IMG/VR virus record: IMGVR_UViG_3300047160_027173
Coordinates: 66,240 to 130,239 of that record
Source: a virus
Direction: 5' to 3' (one strand)
DNA length: 64,000 bases
Made by a program: the position numbers and the translations under genes. Under the pieces are notes generated by a model that had not been told where the DNA came from, ran no database searches, and was given only the letters and a program-made list of their open reading frames with translations. Every line of letters starts with the position of its first letter. Position 1 is the first letter of the stretch. Shown piece after piece: positions 9,680 to 14,858 of the stretch.

Positions 9680-9703
9680 GTTCTGTACTTAACACCGACA
9701 CAG

Positions 9704-9775
9704 AGCCCGCGCTCGGAGTCGAACCGAGTCCTTCCGTCTTACAAGGGCGGCGCTCTCCCTCTGAGCTACGCGGGC
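9704..9775 (-). tRNA. tRNA-Thr(TGT)
   Basis: Cloverleaf; loop CT TGT AA. Confidence 0.88.
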
Positions 9776-9777
9776 AA

Positions 9778-9846
9778 TACCCCCGCCCGGACTCGAACCG
9801 GGGAGGCTGGTTTAGGAAACCGGCCGCTGACTCCATCAGCGGGGGC
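9778..9846 (-). tRNA. tRNA-Arg(CCT), short D-arm
   Basis: Acceptor and T arms intact; loop TT CCT AA. Confidence 0.7.
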
Positions 9847-9850
9847 GTGA

Positions 9851-9921
9851 AGCTCCGGGGCAGAGTCGAACTGCCGTCTCCAAGGTACGAGCTTGGCGTT
9901 CTGCCGTTGAACCACGAGAGC
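9851..9921 (-). tRNA. tRNA-Thr(CGT)
   Basis: Cloverleaf; loop CT CGT AC. Confidence 0.85.
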
Positions 9922-9924
9922 GTG

Positions 9925-10011
9925 CGGAGCCACGAGGATTCGAACCTCGGTAACGGTTTCCCGTCAACTGGTTTAGCAAACCAGCGCCTTCAGCCTCTCG
10001 GCCATGGCTCC
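9925..10011 (-). tRNA. tRNA-Ser(GCT)
   Basis: Long variable arm, G73; loop TT GCT AA. Confidence 0.9.
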
Positions 10012-10014
10012 ATG

Positions 10015-10085
10015 TCGGTGATGGTGGAGTCGAACCACCGTCGAAGCGTTATGAGCACCCCGTCCTGCCGTTGAACGAATCACCG
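10015..10085 (-). tRNA. tRNA-Met/Ile2(CAT)
   Basis: Cloverleaf; loop CT CAT AA. Confidence 0.8.
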
Positions 10086-10090
10086 ATGAG

Positions 10091-10165
10091 ATGCGGACCC
10101 GAGAGTCGGACTCGGTATCTCCAGCTTATGAGGCTGGCGTGGTTCTTCCGTTCCACTCGCCCGCG
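10091..10165 (-). tRNA. tRNA-Met(CAT), initiator-like
   Basis: C1:A72 mismatch, CGCGG start; loop CT CAT AA. Confidence 0.75.
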
Positions 10166-10167
10166 AG

Positions 10168-10238
10168 CAGGCCGTGAAGGAGTCGAACCCTCACCAAGGG
10201 GTTTGGAGTCCCTTGTGCTACCGCTACACCAACGGCCT
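10168..10238 (-). tRNA. tRNA-Trp(CCA)
   Basis: Cloverleaf; loop CT CCA AA; G73. Confidence 0.88.
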
Positions 10239-10242
10239 ATAA

Positions 10243-10313
10243 TGCTCCCTCTGAGAATCGAACTCAGATCGCGACCGTACCAGGGCCGTGCTCTTCCACT
10301 GAGCTAAGGGAGC
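10243..10313 (-). tRNA. tRNA-Thr(GGT)
   Basis: Cloverleaf; loop CT GGT AC. Confidence 0.88.
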
Positions 10314-10732
10314 TTGCGCTGCTGCTTCCAGGTCCGAACGCGATGGCAGTTCGCGCAGACCAGGTCGCACTTGGCGATCTCTTCCAGGACACGCTGCTTG
10401 TTGAAGCCTGTCACGCGCATCATGGAGACGTTCTCGGTTTTCTGCGTCGGATCGCGGTGGTCGAAGTCCATGACGTACGGCGGATACTTCACACCGCAGT
10501 CCATGCAGGGATGGTCCTTGATCTCATGGATCATGACATCCAGCTCAGCTCGGTGCTTGATCTCACGTCGCCGAGCCTTGTCCTTGTACATCTTCGGGTT
10601 CTCCAGGTAGTGATTCCGGTGATACTCGGCCTGGCAAGGCTTGCACTTACCGATGCGGCCGTCCTTGCTGCGCGCGTTCTTGTGGAACTCGCCCAAGGGC
10701 TTCTCGACCTGGCACGTGTTGCAGCGCTTCAT
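10304..10732 (-). CDS. HNH endonuclease inserted in the tRNA array
   Basis: MKRCNTCQVEKPLGEF...CMDCG...MDFDHRDP...EIAKCDLVCANCHRVRT; start revised to ATG 10732. Confidence 0.85.
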   Translation of the reverse strand: MKRCNTCQVEKPLGEFHKNARSKDGRIGKCKPCQAEYHRNHYLENPKMYKDKARRREIKHRAELDVMIHEIKDHPCMDCGVKYPPYVMDFDHRDPTQKTENVSMMRVTGFNKQRVLEEIAKCDLVCANCHRVRTWKQQRKLP

Positions 10733-10750
10733 CCGGATCATATAACAGTG

Positions 10751-10823
10751 GGCGGCCACTCGGACTCGAACCGAGATCTCAAGGCTTGGAAGGCCTGCGT
10801 CTTGCCATTGGAGCCATGGCCGC
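10751..10823 (-). tRNA. tRNA-Gly(TCC)
   Basis: Cloverleaf; loop CT TCC AA. Confidence 0.85.
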
Positions 10824-10826
10824 GTA

Positions 10827-10912
10827 CGGAGGAAGTAGGAATCGAACCCGGCCGCTTGCGCAGCTTCCGGTTTTCGAGACCGGCGAGAGCACCATTGCCC
10901 TCCGCTTCCTCC
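10827..10912 (-). tRNA. tRNA-Ser(CGA)
   Basis: Long variable arm; loop CT CGA AA; imperfect T stem. Confidence 0.75.
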
Positions 10913-10915
10913 ATG

Positions 10916-10987
10916 TGACCCCACCGGGTGTCGATCCCGGTCCTGCAGCGTGAGAGGCTGCTGACCTAGCCGGTAGTCTATGGGGCC
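10916..10987 (-). tRNA. tRNA-Glu(CTC)
   Basis: Cloverleaf; loop CT CTC AC; T-loop ATCGACA. Confidence 0.85.
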
Positions 10988-11057
10988 AAAAATAGGGGTC
11001 GGGGGCAGATGTTATCCCCGACTGCTTCAGGCGCGTCCGCCGCTGTGCTTTCCCCAG

Positions 11058-11129
11058 TGCAGCCTAGTGGGATTGAACCACTGACCTCCCCCGTGTCAGG
11101 GGGGCGCTCTTCCGCTGAGCTAAGGCTGC
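11058..11129 (-). tRNA. tRNA-Val(GAC)
   Basis: Cloverleaf; loop CT GAC AC. Confidence 0.9.
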
Positions 11130-11132
11130 ATG

Positions 11133-11204
11133 TCGAAGGACTGGGACTCGAACCCAGAACGCCGGCTTCCGACGCCGGAAGGTTAGCCATTACCTCATCC
11201 CTCG
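11133..11204 (-). tRNA. tRNA-Pro(CGG)
   Basis: Cloverleaf; loop GT CGG AA. Confidence 0.85.
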
Positions 11205-11209
11205 ATGTA

Positions 11210-11282
11210 TTGCGGAACTCCGGGTCGAACGGAGATCTACGGGTTCAAAGCCCGCCGGGCTGCCAGTTACCACCATTCCGCA
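11210..11282 (-). tRNA. tRNA-Gln(TTG)
   Basis: Cloverleaf; loop CT TTG AA. Confidence 0.8.
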
Positions 11283-11283
11283 G

Positions 11284-11356
11284 AGACAGATGCGAGAGTC
11301 GAACTCGCCTCTTCGGGGTTGCAACCCGAGGCCCTCACCGCGAGGACGAATCTGTC
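11284..11356 (-). tRNA. tRNA-Cys(GCA)
   Basis: Cloverleaf; loop TT GCA AC; U73. Confidence 0.85.
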
Positions 11357-11358
11357 GT

Positions 11359-11431
11359 TGAGTCTGCTCGGATTCGAACCGAGAACGCATGGTTTAAAAG
11401 ACCAGTGTGATAGCCGTTTCACCACAAACTC
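11359..11431 (-). tRNA. tRNA-Lys(TTT)
   Basis: Cloverleaf; loop CT TTT AA. Confidence 0.85.
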
Positions 11432-11434
11432 GTA

Positions 11435-11515
11435 TGGGCAGGGAGGGACTCGAACCCTCAAGCCTTTCGGCGCTGGCTTCTGAGACCAACGTGTATACCA
11501 TTCCACCACCGGCCC
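11435..11515 (-). tRNA. tRNA-Leu(CAG)
   Basis: Long variable arm; loop CT CAG AA. Confidence 0.88.
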
Positions 11516-11518
11516 GTG

Positions 11519-11592
11519 TGCCGCGGGAGGGACTCGAACCCTCACAATCCAGACTCTCAGTCTGGCACGTATACCAATTCCGTCACCTCGGC
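11519..11592 (-). tRNA. tRNA-Leu(GAG), short variable arm
   Basis: Leu-type D loop; loop CT GAG AG. Confidence 0.85.
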
Positions 11593-11595
11593 ATG

Positions 11596-11669
11596 CAGCG
11601 CTGCAGGGAATCGAACCCTGAACTCCACGTTCGTAGCATGGCGTGATGAATCCGTTTCACCACAGCGCC
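11596..11669 (-). tRNA. tRNA-Arg(ACG)
   Basis: Cloverleaf; loop CT ACG AA. Confidence 0.88.
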
Positions 11670-11671
11670 AG

Positions 11672-11745
11672 CACGACCGAAGGGAATCGAACCCTCATCA
11701 CCGCCTTCGGAGGGCGGTACTCTTCATCCGTTGAGCTACGGTCGC
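11672..11745 (-). tRNA. tRNA-Arg(CCG)
   Basis: Cloverleaf; loop CT CCG AA. Confidence 0.88.
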
Positions 11746-11747
11746 AG

Positions 11748-11832
11748 TTGAGGAGGAGGGAATCGAACCCTCTTGTGAGATCGTCACACCGGTTTTACAG
11801 ACCGGCGTCCCTTCCAGTGGAACCTCTCCTCA
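11748..11832 (-). tRNA. tRNA-Tyr(GTA)
   Basis: Long variable arm; loop CT GTA AA. Confidence 0.85.
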
Positions 11833-11833
11833 G

Positions 11834-11905
11834 TAGTTCCTCAGGGGATCGAACCCTGGACCTTCGCCTTGTAAGGGCGCCGCTCTTCCGCTGAGCTAAG
11901 GAACT
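11834..11905 (-). tRNA. tRNA-Val(TAC)
   Basis: Cloverleaf; loop CT TAC AA. Confidence 0.88.
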
Positions 11906-11908
11906 GTG

Positions 11909-11979
11909 TAGGCTCGTAGGGAATCGAACCCTCGTCATGCGCCTATCGAGCGCAGGTCTTACCACTAGACGACGAGCCA
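11909..11979 (-). tRNA. tRNA-Ile(GAT), atypical loop
   Basis: Stem TGCGC/GCGCA; loop TC GAT AG (C33). Confidence 0.7.
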
Positions 11980-11980
11980 G

Positions 11981-12054
11981 TCGAGAGACCGAGATTCGAA
12001 CTCGGAACGAAGGCTTCCAAGGCCAACATGATACGCAGGTTTCAACATCTCTCG
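11981..12054 (-). tRNA. tRNA-Pro(TGG)
   Basis: Acceptor and T arms intact; loop CT TGG AA. Confidence 0.75.
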
Positions 12055-12058
12055 TTGA

Positions 12059-12132
12059 TGCATCGGGGAGGACTCGAACCTCCACTGGTCGGGGTTTGAA
12101 GCCGCTGTCTCCTACCGTTGGACTACCGATGC
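12059..12132 (-). tRNA. tRNA-Leu(CAA), short variable arm, imperfect anticodon stem
   Basis: Canonical numbering gives loop TT CAA AC and variable region CCAGT; A73. Confidence 0.65.
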
Positions 12133-12134
12133 GT

Positions 12135-12205
12135 TGGACCGCCGGGGAATCGAACCCGGGTTGACCGGTTAAGAGCCGGCTGTTCTACCATTGAACTAGC
12201 AGTCC
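12135..12205 (-). tRNA. tRNA-Lys(CTT)
   Basis: Cloverleaf; loop CT CTT AA. Confidence 0.88.
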
Positions 12206-12288
12206 GTGAAACGCCCTGTTGCTCTTCCTTTAAGCTAGCCGCCCCATACGGGACGGCGCCGGATTCGAACCGGCATCACAGGGTCTAG
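12206..12288 (-). ncRNA. Circularly permuted tRNA-like RNA (YrlA Y-RNA-like)
   Basis: Order on the minus strand: CCCTGT, T arm GCCGG TTCGAAT CCGGC, GCCGTCCC, loop GTAT, GGGGCGGC, TA, D arm GCTT AAAGGAA GAGC, ACAGGG. Confidence 0.7.
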
Positions 12289-12360
12289 TTGCTCCGAACG
12301 GGTTTGAGCCGTTACCCTCCCAGGTAGAAGCTGGGCGCTCTCTCATTGAGCTACGGAGCA
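12289..12360 (-). tRNA. tRNA-Arg(TCT)
   Basis: Loop CT TCT AC; atypical T-loop CTCAAAC. Confidence 0.75.
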
Positions 12361-12361
12361 G

Positions 12362-12433
12362 TGGAGTCGCAGGGAGTCGAACCCTGAATTTCTGGGTGCA
12401 AACCAGATGTGTTCCCGCTAGCACTACGACCCC
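12362..12433 (-). tRNA. tRNA-Ala(TGC)
   Basis: G3:U70; loop TT TGC AC. Confidence 0.88.
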
Positions 12434-12436
12434 ATG

Positions 12437-12509
12437 CGCCTTCTCTTGGTTCCGACCCAAGGTCTCCGGCTTTTCAGACCGGCGCTTCCACCAGGTTAGC
12501 TTAGAAGGC
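12437..12509 (-). tRNA. tRNA-Phe(GAA)
   Basis: Loop CT GAA AA; atypical T-loop GTCGGAA. Confidence 0.8.
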
Positions 12510-12512
12510 AAG

Positions 12513-12584
12513 CACCTCGTAGGGGTTTCGATCCCCTCTCTTCGGCTTGAAAGGCCGAGGACCTCACCAGAAGTCGAACGAGGC
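12513..12584 (-). tRNA. tRNA-Glu(TTC)
   Basis: Loop CT TTC AA; T-loop ATCGAAA. Confidence 0.8.
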
Positions 12585-12588
12585 ACAG

Positions 12589-12656
12589 CGTATCCCCCGA
12601 GAATCGAACTCGGCTTAGCCGGTTAACAGCCGGCCCTAGGACCCAGCACGGGACAC
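12589..12656 (-). tRNA. tRNA-Asn(GTT), degenerate D-arm
   Basis: GCCGG CT GTT AA CCGGC; T and acceptor arms intact; D arm reduced. Confidence 0.6.
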
Positions 12657-12733
12657 AAGCTCCCTCCACTTCGTGCACAAGTCCGCTAAGGGTCTCGGCC
12701 AATGCCGACGCGGTTACGGGGGGAAGAACCCAG

Positions 12734-12805
12734 CGCTCCGTACGAGGGTCGAACTCGTCTCAACTGCTAGACAGGCAGTCTGCGACACCGGTCGCATCAC
12801 GAAGC
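12734..12805 (-). tRNA. tRNA-Asp(GTC)
   Basis: Loop CT GTC TA (U37); G73. Confidence 0.82.
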
Positions 12806-12808
12806 AAG

Positions 12809-12881
12809 GGCGATTGTCCGGTATCGATCCGGAACTGCGAGGGTCACGACCTCGCGTGCAGGCCACTACACTACAACCGCC
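12809..12881 (-). tRNA. tRNA-His(GTG)
   Basis: G-1:C73; loop TC GTG AC (C33). Confidence 0.8.
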
Positions 12882-12967
12882 ATCATCTATTCCGCGCTAA
12901 GCCTCTTCATCGGGTCCACCGTGAGGCCGCTCCTGGGCACTGTGACTACTCCATCATCTCCGTTCTG

Positions 12968-13450
12968 TCAACGGCCGATCACCTTGGCCTTGACGACGTG
13001 GTCGCCGAGGTGGGTCGCAGCCCACGACTCCGGCTTCAGAACACAGTACAGCCCCTGGCTGACGACCATTGCCGTCAGCTCCTTGACGTACAGGCTCGAC
13101 TTGAACTTGACGTTCGGGTTGGCGTCGACGTGTACCTCCAGGCTGCTTTCCTTGTTGAGCATGGGCTCCAGCTCCAGAGCCAGCTGAACGCTGTGGAAGA
13201 CCTCGCGGAGCAGGCGCTCGCGAAGCGACTTGATGCGGTCGGCGGTCTCCACGGTGTAGAAGGCACGGCCGCCCTTGCCGGGCTCGTGGACGGCGACCAC
13301 GGTCACGAACTGCGTGACCTTGCCGTCCTGCTGGCTGTCGGTGCCGACGTAGACAGTCCGCTGGCCGGCGAGAGCCTCGCGGATCACCGCCAGGGGCTCG
13401 GCCAGGACTGCTCCGTCTACCGTCTTCCACCTCTTTTCGAACATGCTCAC
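12968..13450 (-). CDS. RNase H-like YkuK-family protein, first gene of the tRNA operon
   Basis: VYVGTDSQ...FVTVVAVH...GKGG...LRERLLREV..S...EVHVD...KPESWAA...D. Confidence 0.85.
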   Translation of the reverse strand: MSMFEKRWKTVDGAVLAEPLAVIREALAGQRTVYVGTDSQQDGKVTQFVTVVAVHEPGKGGRAFYTVETADRIKSLRERLLREVFHSVQLALELEPMLNKESSLEVHVDANPNVKFKSSLYVKELTAMVVSQGLYCVLKPESWAATHLGDHVVKAKVIGR

Positions 13451-13465
13451 GTTTGCTTCCTTTCT

Positions 13466-13505
13466 GAAACGACGAAGGGGCCCGCGGTTTCCCGGGGGCC
13501 CCTTC
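13466..13505 (-). terminator. Attenuator terminator hairpin
   Basis: GAAGGGGCCC/GGGCCCCTTC stem followed by GTCGTTTC, the same weak tail style as other terminators in this window. Confidence 0.75.
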
Positions 13506-13546
13506 CATGGTCTATCTGGTCTCTCGGATCAGTCCATGGAAGGGGC
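13498..13546 (-). promoter_or_regulatory. Antiterminator helix, mutually exclusive with the terminator
   Basis: 13-bp perfect pairing of GCCCCTTCCATGG (13546-13534, last leader codons) with CCATGGAAGGGGC (13510-13498, overlaps terminator 5' arm). Confidence 0.75.
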
Positions 13547-13666
13547 GGTATCGGGCTTGATGCTGAAACCGCCCTCGGTACCCTGATTCGGGCACACGAC
13601 GACCGCGGCGGCCCGAAGGGACGCGCGATACCACATCGTATGCAAGGACAGAGCTTCCAAGTTCAT
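13529..13666 (-). CDS. Leader peptide (45 aa) containing all 20 amino acids
   Basis: MNLEALSLHTMWYRASLRAAAVVVCPNQGTEGGFSIKPDTAPSMD*. AGGAG abuts the ATG, so TTG at codon 3 is an alternative start. Confidence 0.65.
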   Translation of the reverse strand: MNLEALSLHTMWYRASLRAAAVVVCPNQGTEGGFSIKPDTAPSMD

Positions 13667-13679
13667 CTCCTGACGAGCT

Positions 13680-13702
13680 AGATTGAGGGCGACACTATAA
13701 CA
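13680..13702 (-). promoter_or_regulatory. Extended -10 (TG-T-TATAGT) plus CAATCT motif upstream of the leader
   Basis: Minus strand TGTTATAGT (13702-13694) and CAATCT (13685-13680). Confidence 0.6.
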
Positions 13703-13719
13703 CAGCCGCCCGACAGCCG

Positions 13720-14040
13720 CTACTTGGGCTGCTTCACCCGGGTCAGGGCCGAGTTGAGGACGTCGTAGAGGTCCTGCTGGCTGCAGCGGTCCTGGGGGAA
13801 GTCCTCGTTGAACTTCTGGCAGCGGTCGCCGAGAAACTCGAACAGGTCCTTGACGGTGGCCAGCAGCCATTCGTAGCGGTAGTGGTTGGGGCGCTCGCCG
13901 CGGGCGATCTGCTGCCTGATCATCTCCCGCTGGCGGATGCCGTAGCGGAGCTTGCTGTCGTTGTCGCTGACCAGGCGCCGGAGGACGTCGATGGCGTTGT
14001 CCAGGGTGCGGTCGTCGATCTCGGTCACGGTGTCGGTCAT
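13720..14040 (-). CDS. Hypothetical protein
   Basis: Start revised to MTDTVTE; translationally coupled to the upstream gene. Confidence 0.6.
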   Translation of the reverse strand: MTDTVTEIDDRTLDNAIDVLRRLVSDNDSKLRYGIRQREMIRQQIARGERPNHYRYEWLLATVKDLFEFLGDRCQKFNEDFPQDRCSQQDLYDVLNSALTRVKQPK

Positions 14041-14858
14041 AGGCTCTTGGTCACGGAAACAATGAACTTGTCTTTGATCTTCTCTTCCCACTGCTTCAGC
14101 GCCCACACCGCGGCCTCGTCGAGGAACTTCTTCGCTTCCAGGCCCGGATGGACCCAGCGCCCGCTGCCCTTCATCTTCGAAGAGGCCGTTCGGAATGTTA
14201 CCACAGACCTCCGCATCTTCTCCTCGCCGTTCTTATCCTTGTAGGGCTTCTGGTAGACGCGGACGCCGGCCAGGAAGGGGACGCCGGTCGGGCCCTGGCG
14301 GGGAGCGCCGATGGGCCCATGCCCCTGGCCAGGACCGCTCCCGTCCTTCAACGGAGCCGTGAGAATGTCAAAGCTGTGAATGAGGCCCTGCTTGGGCTGG
14401 CCGGCGGCATCACTCTCTAGCCCGCCCCAGGGGATGCCGCGGTCCTTCATCTCCTGCTTGATGGTGGAGGTCAGGTCTCGCTGGGCCTGGGTCTGTTGGG
14501 TGGGGCCCTTCTTGTGCTCGAAGGGCACAGCCAGGTACTTGCTGCCGTCCGCGGCGGTCTTCGTCGACTTGGACTTCAGGAGGTCGTCGATCATCTCGTG
14601 CTCGTCCATGCCTTCCTCGATCCACATGGCGTCGGGGTCGAGAATGATGGACCAGGTATCGGCGTCCACCTGTTCCACGTGCAGCGCCTCCAGATACTTC
14701 TCGCGGCTACTGTGGAGCTTGGCCTGGACCTCTTCGATGATGTGGGCCTCGGTCTGGATGACGAGATCCTGCAGGGCCTTCTTGCTCTCGGTCGCAGCAA
14801 CATCTTCCAGGTCCTTGAGGGACAGGAGGTCGCCGATGTCAAGGTTGAGGTAGATCAC
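14037..14858 (-). CDS. Putative neck/tail-completion virion protein
   Basis: Late cluster; ...KYLAVPF...VTFRTAS...WVHPG..A..F pattern. Confidence 0.5.
   Translation of the reverse strand: MIYLNLDIGDLLSLKDLEDVAATESKKALQDLVIQTEAHIIEEVQAKLHSSREKYLEALHVEQVDADTWSIILDPDAMWIEEGMDEHEMIDDLLKSKSTKTAADGSKYLAVPFEHKKGPTQQTQAQRDLTSTIKQEMKDRGIPWGGLESDAAGQPKQGLIHSFDILTAPLKDGSGPGQGHGPIGAPRQGPTGVPFLAGVRVYQKPYKDKNGEEKMRRSVVTFRTASSKMKGSGRWVHPGLEAKKFLDEAAVWALKQWEEKIKDKFIVSVTKSL

Noticed and set aside
12059-12132. Opal suppressor/Sec tRNA reading (loop CT TCA AA)
   Set aside because: Canonical spacing from the D and T arms puts CAA at positions 34-36 with three contiguous stem pairs. There are no Sec-type long arms, and TGA acts as a normal stop in this window. 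Some ambiguity remains.
9032-12900. Many short ORFs across the tRNA array
   Set aside because: They are translations of tRNA genes; only the two nuclease ORFs have protein motifs.
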